A program made the position numbers and the translations under genes. Positions 29,312 to 46,492 of a stretch of 64,000 nt of DNA are shown here, piece by piece (positions within the stretch are counted from its first letter, which is position 1; every line of letters starts with the position of its first letter). This stretch comes from the human T2T-CHM13v2.0 reference genome, Homo sapiens. The notes under the pieces are model-generated. The model did not search any database. It saw only the letters and a list, made by a program, of their open reading frames with translations, and had not been told where the DNA came from. The stretch is from assembly GCF_009914755.1 (NCBI RefSeq), contig NC_060929.1; one strand, given 5' to 3'.

Positions 29312-29772
29312 TAAGGGAGGAGAACACCCCTCATATTGTCTTATGCCCTATTTCTGCCTCCAAAGAAAGAAGTAAAAACTAAAAGGCAGAAATGGAATCC
29401 ACAGGCAGATAACCCAGCACCGCGCCCTGGGCCTGGTAGTTAAAAATCAACCCCTGACCTAACTGCTTGTGTTATCTATAAATTTCAGACATTGTATGGA
29501 AAAGCATCGTGAAAATCCCTGTCCTGTTCTGTTCCGATCTAATTACCGGTGCATACAGCCCCCAGTCACGTACCCCCTGCTTGCTCAATCTATCAAGACC
29601 CTCTCACGAGGACCCCCTTAGAGTTGTAAGCCCTTAAAAGGGACAGGAATTGCTCACTCGGGGATCTCGGTTTTTGGACATGTGAGTCCGCTGATGCTCC
29701 CAGCTGAATAAAGCCCTTTCCTTCTACAACTCGGTGTCTGAGGGGTTCTTGTCTGCGGCTCATCCTGCTACA
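29312..29772 (+). mobile_element. LTR2 (HERV-E/Harlequin) solo LTR, antisense to LMBRD2
   Basis: Starts TAAGGGAGGAGAACACCCCTCATATTGTCTTATGCCC and ends CCTGCTACA; AATAAA at 29707-29712; 4-bp TSD ATTT (29308-29311, 29773-29776). Confidence 0.88.
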
Positions 29773-30707
29773 ATTTGAAGTTATAATCTTTTAGTTATTT
29801 TACTTATAAGAAAGTAAAATATATTTTCAAAAATTCAATAGAAAATGTATTTTAAACAATATCTGTTTACTCATTACTGTAATGTTAGTAGATATTATCT
29901 GTAACAACTATAAAATGGTATTGGAAGATTTAAATAAAGTGGGTAGATAAAATTTATTTTTCTCAGAAGAGTAAGCAATGAACATTTTTAAGTATTTTTG
30001 AAAAAGTGGTATTTTGGGTATGTTATGGAGCACTTCAGCAATGAAAGAGGGCAGAGTACAGGATGAGGAGGCCTGACATGTAAAAAGAAGGAAAGACAGA
30101 TGCGAGAAGCCAAGTACACCTATCCTTTAATCCCTTTTGAATCTCACTCCTGCCTAGATTCTACCATTCATTCTAATTCCATGAAAACAGCATGCCATGT
30201 ACTTTATGACACAGGAGAAAATTTCTCCTCTAATCTTAATGTACAGCTTGATTACAATCGGTCCTCACCTGACCCTTTGTGCTGGCCATGGTCTGAAGCA
30301 TTTAGACACCCAGCAATAATTATTGGAAAGCTCTAAGGCTAATTTATGTCATTAGAAAAAAGCTGGACATAAGGGTGTTTTGCAGGCTACGATAGCTGTC
30401 AGTGTCAAAGGCCAGGACTTAGAGTTAACATTCTGTAATTAATCCTATCATTTTTTAGCCTAAATAGAATAATGTTAAAATAGTATTATTTATTATAATA
30501 GAATAATAACTCTACCTCTTTTTTCTTTAAATTTTTTAGAGGGAGACTCGCACCTGATCACTCAAGTAGTCCCTTCAAACTATCCCCAGCTTCTCCAAAG
30601 CTACAATGAAACAAACTGAAACTCAATCAGTAAATATTTAAAAGAGCTTTAAAGAGAAAGGATATCCAGATTTAAGAGCAAAAGAAAAAACAATGTTAAG
30701 TTTCTTA

Positions 30708-30845
<138 letters not shown>

Positions 30846-31281
30846 CTATAATTTCCATTCCTTTCCATCATTAGAAAATTTGCCTATAACCAGTTATATC
30901 AATCCATTTGAACTTTTTAAAAAGTAGAAAAAAAGCAGTAAATGGACTTATTTTTTAAAATCTGCTTTTTATTGAGGTTTTCTCTTAAAGAAAATTAATA
31001 TAATTATTACTCAAAATTATCACATACATTGACTACAAATATAAAGTTAATATTAGTATAGGTCAGTTCTTTTGATACTGGTCAGCTAGACAACATATAT
31101 GAACCAAAAAAAACATTTTTATCATAAAAGAAGGAAAATCACTTTTATCTAGTCAATAGTAATACGTATACAATCTTTAAGAGAAAATTTTACCAATAAC
31201 ACTATAGAACTTTTCTGCTGGCATTAAAAGAAATTTCACAATAACAGCACCTCATATAGATAGTGAACCTAAGGAATTCTA

Positions 31282-31479
<198 letters not shown>

Positions 31480-32000
31480 TTAAAAACATTTCAGATAATT
31501 ATAGCTAAAATTTTCATCTATTTGCTTTATATATATATTGAATTCTTAATGTGACCTGCCCTCACTTACTTGGGAGATATTCTGAAAATTGCCACATCAA
31601 TGCCTACGTGACTACAGCCTCAAGCTCCTTGCTTTTATGGTTTCTGCCATTGCTTTATCCCCACAAGTTGTGGAGTGCCTTTGTATCATCTCCTACAACT
31701 AAGCCATCCGTAAAATCCATCTCACAGCATGACAAGGACAGTAACATCCTCAAGGTGAATTGTATTCAGTACATAAAAGAACTGAAGTTGTATCAACATA
31801 TGTCATTCTGACAAGCACAGATATAAAGTTGTTCAATTCTGTCCAAATAAAAAGAATGCCTTACAAACCCACACACTTGGATAATTGGGGCTGGGGAGAA
31901 TAAAGTGTGGGTATGAATTAAAAAAAAATAATATGAGATAATTCTTTTGTGGTGATAGAACTGTTCTGAATCCTGATTGTGTTGGTGGCTACAGGAATCT

Positions 32001-32020
32001 ACACACACACACACACACAC
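32001..32020. repeat. (AC)10 microsatellite inside an old L1 3' fragment
   Basis: Direct read. Confidence 0.9.
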
Positions 32021-32743
32021 GAATGAAGGATAAAAAATGGTGAGAACTAAATAAAGTCTGTAGTTTGTAGTTAATAGTAATGTTTTACTCTCATTTCCTG
32101 GTTTTGATATCACTGGGGGTAGCGTGAAGGTTACATAGGACTTTTTGTGCTACATTTGCAACTTCCCATGAGTCCATAATTATTTGGAAAACAACAAAAA
32201 AGATGCTTAAAAATACTTTGGATGTCAACTCCTCTATAAAATTATCTAAGTTCATCCTTTATAAATACCTAATAGGACTCATTTAACAATAAGAACAGGT
32301 AATAGATTGTACAATCTTGCCCAACTTGAAGACATCTCTCTAAATCCTCTCTGAATTCCTCAGGAAAAATTGTTCTTGTTGGTTTTCTCAGTCCTCCTCA
32401 ACTCAGTGAGAGACCGCTGAATCTTAGAACACCATCTAGGTCTGACTTAGTCTCTAAACTGTCCATTGTTTCTACTGCTTGCTAATCTCTGGTTGGTAAA
32501 TCCGGGCTCACTAAGTATGCTTCTTCTGCCTTCTAGCCTAACCTAGCACACCTATTTTAACCTTAAACCTCAAGCAGGAAGTAGCTGGCAATCAACAAAC
32601 ATCAATTTAATATTTGAAACTAATCAATTAGCTGATAGAAATATAGATGTTAGTGGAACACCTGTAAACAACAAAAAATAAAAGATCCATAAGAATACAC
32701 TCAATGATGACATTTCTCTTGTTTCTAAACATAATCCTACTTA

Positions 32744-32908
<165 letters not shown>

Positions 32909-32935
32909 TTAAAACAAACAGACTTTAGCACTTAA

Positions 32936-33258
<323 letters not shown>

Positions 33259-33505
33259 TGGCCTTCATTTCTAGCTAACATTTATTGATGCTCTAAAATT
33301 GAAATACAGTAATAGAGAATTTTTTAATCACCCACTAAGATTATGAAAAAAACCCAACACTTCAAACTGTTTAACATCCTAGATCCAAAAGTTTCGAATC
33401 TACCTTCTAATGTGAGCCTGTTTTCCCATTCCCTTGGCAACTCTTCACATGAGGCCTATAAGTTATGTAGCTTTACTGGCATAAATATAATCAAAGTATT
33501 CCCAG

Positions 33506-33834
<329 letters not shown>

Positions 33835-33992
33835 TCAAATACAGTTATTAATTTCTATAGTGTGGGTAAAATAATGAAGCACATTTCTGGAAGTTTGAAT
33901 AACAACACTGCAGAAAACCTCACTGCTTTCATTTTTACTAGAAGAAATACATGGAGAAAATAGTTAAGGATTATACTATGAAGTGACATCTA

Positions 33993-34256
<264 letters not shown>

Positions 34257-34882
34257 TTACATTGTTTCAAAATAGCTCCTAATAAGATACTTAATTACAA
34301 AGAGAAAAACAGCAATTTTACAGTGGAGAATCCAGGCAGATACGAACCTAACCAAATGACACCCATGATGGGACAAACTGACATCATGTGCCTCCTGCTA
34401 TGATGTACTGATAGGAATGTGACATTGCTGCTGTGGTAGTCCTGTGAAAAATGCAGAACTTGCGTCTAATTTTAAAGAAACATCAAAGTCAAATTCAGGG
34501 ACATTCAACAAAAAACTGGCCTATACTCCCCAAAACATTTCTGATATATCATAAAACACAAAGACTGAGAAACTGTGTCAGATTAGAGGAAACTAAGGAG
34601 ACACAACAACTGAATGCGATGCATGATCTGGGATTTTTTACAAAAAATATTATTGGGATAATTATAGCAAAATCTGAATAAGGTCTGTAAATAATGGTAG
34701 AGTATAAATATTAATTTTTTTATTTTGATGGCTGTATTTGGCTATGTAAGAAAATATCTTTATTTTTAGAAAATATACACGGAAACATTTAGGAACAAGG
34801 AGGCATCATGTCTGGATACAACTCTAAAATAGTAATAAAAAAATACATACAGAAAAAGCAAATCAATATGGCAAAATATTAA

Positions 34883-35277
<395 letters not shown>

Positions 35278-36268
35278 CTATTTTGGTTTTAAGTCTGAAT
35301 TTAGGTATAAATAAAAATTTAAAAAAGAAAGCTCAATAAATTAAAAAGCTATATTTTTAGTTCATTTACTGAATAGTTAGCTTCTGGTTCACTGTAATTC
35401 TTTACAACTTTCCTCTCATAATTCCTAGTGATTTCAATATCCACATAAATGATTCCCCTTTCAATACCCTTATCTCTCATTTCTTTGACCTCCTCTCCTC
35501 TAATGAACTTTCCCTCCACCCTACCTCAATTACTTGTTGCTATAGTGATGCCTAAACCTTTTATTATCAATATCTCCAGCCCTTCCATATAATCACATTC
35601 CAGCATCCTTGTCTTCAAACAATACCTTCATCTAGTACAGTATTTCAACTCCACTAACTGACCATACCTGGATGAAAAATCAATTTATTCTATCACATTT
35701 TTACCGTTATTTAACACTTTGATACCCTTCCTTCCTCATGCAGCTCAGATTCCAGTCTTTGAGGACAGTATCCCACTTACTTTGCCCCATTTTGCTCCAC
35801 TGTACCTGCTAAGCTAAATCACACCTGTTTAAATCCAACTCGCTGGCTACTCTCAGCCTGCATCCACACAGCTGCACATTGCAGGAGAAAGACACCCCAC
35901 CTTGTTGACTGGCCTCACTTTAAATTCTTAATCACTAGCTTCAAGTGGGTCCTCAGTACTGCCTCACTAGCCTACTATAATTCCCCAATCTTCTCCCATG
36001 CCACTCTCCTAGGCAACTATTTTGCACCTTCTCTTCCCTCCTCAAATCTCTAAAATCTCCTCTCCTATACTTACTCTCCACATTTCATTGAGAAAACAGA
36101 AGCGATCAGAGAATTTTCCCAAGTTTCTAACACTACACCTTCTCAGCTAGTTACATCTGTGCCTTACCTCCACCATTCTCTTCATTGTTCACTATTTCCC
36201 ACCATCTCATCTCTACTAGTCATGAACATTGTCTTAGAAATTCTCTATTGTCTTATCAAATTCTATGA

Positions 36269-36845
<577 letters not shown>

Positions 36846-37968
36846 TCAAATTCTATTATATCATTTACTAATTACATGTGATAATTTCTCTTGACTATGC
36901 CCCCAATCCTCTTTCAGCTACTACCCCTTTTCTCTGTTCCCTTTTATAAGGAAAACATTTTTAGAGTTTTCTAGTCTGTCTCCAATTGCTCCTCTTCTTA
37001 TTTCTTTTAAATTACAGTCAGACTTTTTTATCCTCTCCCCTCACTTCTCTAAAATCCAATGGTCAGGTCTTAATATATATGATCCTTAATCTATGTGCAA
37101 CATTTGAAAAGGTACTTTATATACTCTTTTCCTCAAAACACTTCATTGTCCTAATTTTCCTATCTCACTGGCCCCTCCTTTTCTAGTCTTTTCTGCTAGT
37201 TACTTCTCATCCACCTAATCTCTAAATTCTGGAGTGCCTCAGGCTTGGTCCTCAGACTTTTCTCTTTTCTCTATCTCAATTACTTCTTTATTGATTTTAT
37301 CCTGACCCCATGGTTCCCTACACATTGATGGTACCCTAATTCATATCTGCAATTCAGACTCCTCCCTTGAATTTCAATTTCTATAATCAACTGCCTATTC
37401 AGAATCTTTATGCCTTTATATGTTTATTGTCTGTTTTTCTCACTCCACAAGGGCAGGAATTTCTGTCTTTTTAAACTGATATATACCAAGCTACCCAGCA
37501 CCCAATAATACATAGCACTAATGTACCCAAATATTTGTTGAATGAATGAAAACAGATAACACATCATTCCTTCATTTAATTAGGAAGGATTTTTGTTAAA
37601 GGAGTTTTCTGAGATATTTGTTATAGCCATTAAGTCTTCATACTCAAAACCAAACATGCAAAGGAGAATCAAGTGAATATAACAATTTTTTTAAAATAAA
37701 TAAGGTAAATAGAAGTTTTAATACTATGACACTTTGGTACTTGCTTTAAGTTTCTTCACACTAAATTTGACAATACTTGAAGGGATTGCCATAAATTAGC
37801 AAAAAGGAGAAAAATGATAACTACAAAGTATAGGTTTTATAATAAGACTAATAAATGTTAATAATCAAAGAGGACTACTTAAGCAAATATTTCAGTAGTA
37901 TGTCAAGACTGAAGAAGAGACCCAAGCTTGTGATGTAAAATTACTTAAAATTCTAACTATTTTAAGTA

Positions 37969-38292
37969 CAGTCATGTGTCACATAACAACATTCCAGTCA
38001 ATGATGGACTGCATATACAATGGTGATCCCATAAAATTACAATACTGCATTTTTACTATTATCTTTTCTATGTTTATATACACAAAAACCACTGTGTTAC
38101 AACTGCCTACACTATTCAGTACAGTAACATGCTGTATAGGTTTGTAGCCTAGGAGTAATAAGCCATACCATATTGCCTACCTGTACTATACCATCTAGGT
38201 TTAGTACATACCCTATGATGCTCATGCAGTGATGAAATTGCCTAACAATACATTTCTCAGAGTAATCCCAGTCATTAAGCAATGCATAATTG
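37969..38292 (+). mobile_element. Tigger3a (MER7-type) TcMar MITE
   Basis: TA|CAGTCATGTGTCACATAACAAC...TAAGCAATGCATAATTG|TA: terminal inverted repeats with TA TSD. Confidence 0.85.
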
Positions 38293-38561
38293 TATATATT
38301 ATGCATTATAAAAAATATGCTTGATGTATACATGTTTTTTAATAGAATTTTTATTATTTGTGAAGTAACAGTGGAAACTGATGGATTATATGTTATATGA
38401 TAAGTAAAACAGTTATTTTGGGGAAATGTTACCAGATACTTAATATCACATGGTATAAATCAAATAATACAAATAAAATTCAACTTTGCATTGGTGAAAA
38501 TACATAACTTCTTTCTACAGAAAACTTTTCATCATTAAAGTTTGAAATTTATATCAAATTA

Positions 38562-38750
<189 letters not shown>

Positions 38751-38794
38751 CTAAAAAAGAGAATGGGGGTAGACCTGGCAGTGTTCTGATCCAA

Positions 38795-38978
38795 CAGTGG
38801 TTCAACTCTCCACTAGGGAGCATGTTTGGATTGTCATAACAATGGGAAAGTGCTAGGGCATTTACTGGGTCAGGCTGAGAATATTAATGTTCCAAAATGA
38901 TGTAACAGTTTTATATAATGTAACAGTTATGCTCAGTGAAGAATTCTCCCTCCCCAAACGCCAATAATACCCCTGCTG
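38795..38978 (+). mobile_element. MER20-like hAT element
   Basis: cagtggtt..., ttggattgtcataacaatggg..tgct..ggcat.tactgggt, ...ccccaaacgccaata. Confidence 0.6.
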
Positions 38979-39089
38979 GTATACACAGAGATAAAATATT
39001 TCAAAGAATGATAAGGACGGGATTAAAGGAAGTTTTAAATACACATTCACTAAAAATTCCTTTTTTTATGAGCAATGATTAGAAGTCTA

Positions 39090-39248
<159 letters not shown>

Positions 39249-40384
39249 CTAAAAAAAAAAAAAAGTAGATTTTTAAAAATCTTAATTGTAAAAAGATAAA
39301 AATTTATTTTTATTAAAAATCTTTCATTCTTGAGCAGTTCTAATTTTCTCAAAAACATCTTCCTACTTTATTGTCATCTCTAGTTAGACTTCATTTGCTG
39401 ATATTTTCTTGAAAATGTCTTAAAAGATGTACTGAGTTTCTTCTCACCTTTATAATATTAATCTTTGTGTTCATATATACCAGATAGGTATAGATGGCTA
39501 TAGGCAGGGGAGCTTACCTGCAGGAAGCAACTAGTATTTGAGAAGATTATTCTAAGTAGGATAAATTATTTTTCTAGCTAAAGAATGAAGCAAAATCATG
39601 ACAAATCCAAGATGCTGAATTTTTGAAAGGCATAGCACAGAGAAATAAATACATGCATTTAAAGTCATCTTCCATACTACTACTCACTTATTACCTATAT
39701 GAACTTGGGCAACTTAGTTAACCTCTCTTAGTAGTTCTCAAAAAGTAGCAAATGTGAGATAAATAGTTAGAAAAGTGATTCCATGAGTATTATCTTAGCC
39801 AAACAGAACACTACACAAGAATCAGTATAACAGATTTAAAATCTAGGAAAATAAATGTTTCCATGGTTCTGTGGGTTTAAAAGACAATTGGGGAACTGCA
39901 AATAACCATTTTTGGAAGTATATGAATACCCCTAATTCAATACCAATGCATCAAAACCTTAACTTTATTAAATATAGTTAAGTTTATTATAAATATAGTA
40001 AATATATAAATATAAATATAGTTAAATATAGTATAGTTTATTAAATGTCTATGTTAACATCATTCATTTTATGATATATGTCATGAATATATTAATGAAA
40101 TATATTTGTAAAATAACGTGTAGGCAGCTGATTGTAAGATATTACTGAGGCCTTGGTTTATTTTCTTATAGGAGATATGCCTTTAGTGAACATATACAAT
40201 GACATTTTAAAGGTTTATTTCCATCATTGTCATGACAATCCTTATATATTACTCAACCTCTATCTCCATATTTCAATAGAAAATACTGCCAATAATTAGT
40301 GTTAAACTTGCAGTAATTAAAAAAATTCAAAGTACAAATGGTGTTGGGTTGATATTTCTATGAAAATGAATTTAGAAGACCTCA

Positions 40385-40552
<168 letters not shown>

Positions 40553-41053
40553 CTATAAAAACAGTAAAATAAATAAAAATATTTCCATTTCTACAGATCA
40601 CATATTCCAAATGAGAATGCATTAGGTACTATATATTTTCTCACAAGTTCAACTTCAACACAAATTACTTTGCATTACATGAATAAAGGTTCTTAAGAGC
40701 ACAAGTAAAAATACAAAGTCACTGAATAGCTATTTCTATACCCTGAACTTTTCCTTACTTTCTAGATTCACTCTCTCATCACTTCATTACTTGGTACACA
40801 AAAAAGAATAAGCACTATTTAAAAGTCCACAAAAGATCAGACAAACTTTATGGTCCTAAAAGAATAGGGATATGTTCCTCTGCCTTACTCACCAAGATCA
40901 ATGATCTCATTATATAAAATACAGTGAAAAACCAGAGGAAGCAGAAAAGGCTACAAATGTCACAAAGTGCCAGCTCTTTTCCAATAGAAGAGTACTCTAG
41001 AGCAGTCATGATTGATTAACTCCATACTTGCTTATCAGGAGCACACTATCTAC

Positions 41054-41250
41054 TGGCGGGCGCAGTGGCTCAGGCCTGTAATCCCAGCACTTTGGGAGGC
41101 TGAGACAGGTGGATCACTTGAGTCCCAGAGTTTAAGACCAGTTTTGGCAATACAGTGAAACCCTGTCTCTACCAAAAATACAAACATTAGCCAGTCTCAT
41201 AACCTGGTCTCTAAATAAATAAATAAATAAATAAATAGATTAAAATTTAA
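41054..41250 (+). mobile_element. Short Alu: left arm plus atypical end (agtctcataacctggtctc) and (TAAA)n tail
   Basis: Left monomer and linker present; right arm replaced by a short segment. Confidence 0.85.
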
Positions 41251-44200
41251 AAATAGAATAACTTAAAAACAAACAAACAAAACAGCATACTATTTGCCAG
41301 TACTGTGCTAGGTGTAAGGCCCCCGTAATCCATACTGGAGGGTGGGGAGAGAAGACAAGGAATTGTCAGTCTTAAAATTTCAGTCCAGTAATGGATAATT
41401 AAATAAGCAATTCTGAGTATAAAAGGCACAAAAGGGTTAAAGAGAAGACTCTTTAGAACCAGTAGTTCCTAAGGAATCACAATATTCTATAATATTCATG
41501 AAATTTTTAAGAAGTTGAAACCACTGTTTTAGTCAGGTGAAATAGCATGTTCACAGCCTGGAAAGCATAAGAGAAGTGAGCAGGATATTTAGAAGAACAT
41601 TCTGGGGCATAGAGTAGAGCAGGGTTTTAAGGGATACAAAACTCAAGGCGGAGAAGCCATCTAGCACATAGACAAAATTGCGAAAAAATATTTGTAATTT
41701 ATATGACAGACTCATTATCCTTAATATGTGATGAGCTCTTACAAATCAACAGAAAAATGGGAATATAGAAAACAATACAATTGGCCAATAAATGTCTAAA
41801 AAGATATCTGAGCTCGCTAAAAACAGTTACAGATTTTAAAAATAAGAAGCTTTTTTCAAAATTGATATCATGTAAAGAGGTAAGACTGGGAAAACAGGCC
41901 CTCCTATACACAGCAAAAAGTGATATAATCTATTTAAAGGTAATTTCACAACATCTATTGAAATTTAGAATATGCATACTTTATAAATAATCTGTACCAG
42001 TAGACACTATTCCTGTCAAGGAATTTAGCTTAATGAGGAAAACAAACATAAATAAAAATGATGTGGAAACTGCTGTCAAAGTATGAGGTGCTCTGAGAGG
42101 GGAGAATGTAGATTCTGATTAACTGATTATTTAAAATGAGATGAAACAAAATATATAGAAGTCAGTCAACCAAAGGGAGAGACTAGAATATTCCAGGCAA
42201 AGAGACAGGGACAGGACACATAAAGGCCTCCAGGCGTAAGTGAGTACATTATTTGAAGGGACTGAAAAAGTCCAGTGTGATTACAGGGAAAGGGAGATTA
42301 AGGGTCTGCATAGCACTGGCTCAGGCTGAAAGAGCAAGATCAAAGTGATCCTAGAAGCCCTTAATCATGGTTTATTTTGAGGTTAATGTGTGATGCCTAT
42401 ACATGACAGTGACAAGATAAGACTTGGGTTTTTAAGAGGTTACCTGGAAGCATCATTACATCTATTTTCCATTACTAAGCTGCCTTAAAGTTTCTTGACT
42501 TGTTAGCACAAATTTATCATACTTTTAATATGAACTAAACAATTTGTTTATATATTATATGTGAAATACCATGTTTTTTTCTTTAAATTATTTAGCCATA
42601 TTAAAAAACAAGTACTGAAACAATTAATTAACATTTGCTATATCTATTATAAATTTAGGGTTCCTTCAAAAGTTCATAATTTTAATAAAGCATGGAAAGT
42701 ATTTGAAATATACTGTTTGCCTTCTTCATACAAAATAATGTAACTTTGAGCTCTTTCATTACTGTGTCTTGTCAAATTCTTTTCTAAGCAGGTCAGACAG
42801 CATTCGTGAAGGGAGGCTAACAGGCAGTTTTCAGTGGAAAAAAGTAGCTGTTTCTCCCTCCCTAAAATTCTCTATCTAGAAAAATGATAAAAGGTAGAGG
42901 TGACCTTTTTGGCCATCTAGCAAATACCTTTTGAATGATTTGACATAGTTTATAAGTTTTATTAATGCTTCAAAGAAAGGTAATAGACACACAAATGCAT
43001 ATATCAATTTCAGAGAGAAACATATCATAAAAATACCAAACAGTTTTTATAAAACTACATTTGGGAGATTAAATGGATAGCTGAAAAAATAATTACCAAT
43101 AAAGTGATTGAAGTTTGTTATCTGTCAAATGACTGGACTTCTCAGTATGGCATTCAAAGCCAAGATATAGCTTTATCTTTCCAATGTAAACTTTATGCTC
43201 AAACTAATTTGGTTTTAAAACTTCCTGATATCTGCCCAGAATGTTATCAGCTATCAAAATTCTACCCATCCCGCAAGGCCCAGGCCATACTTCATGTCCT
43301 TTGACCATTATTCAGTAGTGATACCTCTCCATACTAGAGCATTTTCATCATTCATGTCACATTTACCATAAACTGTAAGGGACTCTGTCCAATTTTCTAC
43401 TCTAGAAAGTCAGTAGAATAGGAATTTCTATTCTGGCCAGTTCTGCATAGCACTTAACATGGCAGGAAGACAGTAAATATTTTTTAAATGATAAATACAT
43501 TTCTCCTCAAGTTTATAAGTTTCCAGATATTCAGAAAAGCAGAAAGAATCCCAAAATACCTTGAAGTATATGGCCAGAGAAATTCATACACAGGAGGTGG
43601 AGCAAGATGGCTGAACAGAAGTCTCCACTGATTGTCCTCCTCACAGGAACACCAAATTAAGCAACTATCCACACAAAAAAGTGCCTTCATAAAAACCAAA
43701 AAACAAGGTACAACCTCAGCCACTGTTGGCTATAGTACTAAGTGGGCTCTTGGGGCCCCAGATTGCAGGACTCGGCTCTTAGACAGCATTGTTGAACCTT
43801 CTCTGGGTCACATGGGAGTCCAGTGCCCTGAAGGGAAAGTCCCAGGCATGGCAGCATTCACCAAAAGCTGACTGAAGAGATCTTGGGCCTTGAATGAACA
43901 CTGGAGGTAATGAGGATATACTCATTGTGGCCCTGGGGCAGTAGTGGCCATGGAGAGAGACTCCTCTGCTTGTGAAAAGGGGAGGAAAGTGTGAGAAGGA
44001 CTTTGTCTTGTGGCTTGGGTACCAGTTTAGCCACAGGTAGATTCCTACAGTTTTTGGCTCCAGGCCCTAGCTCCCAGATGGCATCTCTGGACACACCCCA
44101 ACTCAGGGAGAACTTGCCACTCTGAAGGGAAGAACAAAAGCTCGGGTGGCTTTGCCACCTGCTGACTGTAGAGGACCAGGGCCTTGAGCAAACATAGACG

Positions 44201-44726
44201 GTAGCCAGGCAGTGGTTACCGTGGGCCTTGGGCGAGACACAGTGCCATGATAACTTCAGGTCTAACTCAGTGCAGTCCCAGTGATGGTGACCACAGGGGT
44301 GCTTGAGACACCCCTCCCCCACCTCCAGGCAGCTCAGGACAAAGAGAAAGACTCCAGTTGTCCGGGAGAAAGTAAGGGAAGAGAACAAGAATCTCTGCCT
44401 GGTGCTCCAGAGAATTCTTCCAGATCTTATCCAAGACCACCAAGGTGGCACACATCTCCAAGTTTGCAAGAACCACAGCATTATAGGGCTTGGGGTGTCC
44501 CCTAATATAGATACAGCTGTAGTGACCAAAAACTTAGATTACAATACCCAAGTCCCTTCAAATACCTGGAAAGCCTTTGCAAGAAGGATGGCTACAAATA
44601 AGCCCACACTGCAAAGACTATAAAGAATACCTAACTTTTCAATGTCCAGACACCGACGAACATCCACAAGAATCAAGCCCATCCAGAAAAACATGACCTC
44701 ACCAAATGAACTAAATAAGGCACCAG

Positions 44727-45128
<402 letters not shown>

Positions 45129-46067
45129 TCAAGGTAACACAGAGAAGGAATTCAGAATCATATCAGGTAAATTTAACAAAGCTGTTGAAAGAATTAAAAA
45201 TAATCAAGTAGAAATTCTGGAGTTGAAAAATGCATTGACATATTGAAGAATGCATGAGAGTATCTTAACAGCAGAAATGATCATGCAGAAGAAAGAATCA
45301 GTGAGCTAGAAGACACTTGAAAATTTGGCTATTTGAAAATATGGTTAGAGGAGACAAAAAATAATAAAAAAGAATGAAAAGTGTCTACGAAATCTAGAAA
45401 ATAGCCTCAAAAGGGCAAATCTAAGAGTTCTTGGCCTTAAAGAGGAGGTAGAGTGAGAGATAAGGGTAGAAAGTGTATTCAAAGTGATAATAATAGAGAA
45501 CTTCCCAAACCTAGAGAAAGATATCAATATTCAAGCATGAGAAGATTATAGAACACCAAGAAGATTTATCTCAAATAAGACTATCTCAAGACATTTAATA
45601 ATCAAACTCCCTGAGGTCAAGGATAAAGAAAGGATCCTAAAAGCAGCAGGAGAAGAGAAACAAATAACACACAATGGAGCTCCAATATGTCTGGCAACAG
45701 GCTTCTCAGTGGAAACCTTACAGGCCAGGAGAGTGACAGGATATATTTACAATGCTGAAAGAAAAAAAAAAAACTTATCCTAGAATAACATATCCAGTGA
45801 AAATATTCTTCAAACATGAAAGAGAAATAAACGTTTCCAGACAAACAAAAGCTGAGAGATTTCGTCCATACCAGTCCTGTTCTATAAGAAATGCTAAAGG
45901 GAGTTCTTCGATCTGAAAGAAAAGGACATTGATGAGCAATAAAAATCATCTGAAGGTACAAAACTCATTGGTTATAGCAAGTACACAGAAAAACAAAGAA
46001 TATTATTAACACTATGACTGCGGTGTGAAAACTACTCATATCTTGAGACAAACCAATGAAAAATAAC

Positions 46068-46492
46068 CAACCCAAATGTCCAACAATGATTGACTGGATT
46101 AAGAAAATGTGGCACATATACACCATGGAATACTATGCAGCCATAAAAAAGGATGAGTTCATGTCCTTTGTAGGGACATGGATGAAGCTGGAAACCATCA
46201 TTCTCAGCAAACTATCGCAAGGACAAAAAAACCAAACACCGCATGTTCTCACTCATAGGTGGGAACTGAATAATGAGAACACATGGACACAGGAAGGGGA
46301 ACATCACACACCAGGGTCTGTTGTAGGGTGGCGGGAGCGGGGAGGGATAGCATTAGGAGATATACCTAATGTAAATGACGAGTTAATGGGTGCAGCACAC
46401 CAACGTGGCACATGTATACATATGTAACAAACCTGCACATTGTGCACATGTACGCTAAAACTTAAAGTATAATAATAATAAAATAAAATAAA
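46068..46492 (+). mobile_element. Younger 5'-truncated L1PA nested in the older L1
   Basis: Near-consensus L1PA 3' end (cttaaagtataataat plus A-tail); TSD GAAAAATAAC at 46058-46067 and 46493-46502. Confidence 0.92.

Noticed and set aside
39960-40045. Repeated AAATATAGT motifs
   Set aside because: Low-complexity AT-rich slippage with no sign of function.
43858-44529. 223-aa minus-strand ORF, the longest in the track
   Set aside because: Lies entirely in the GC-rich 5'UTR of an old L1 and has no protein-like features.
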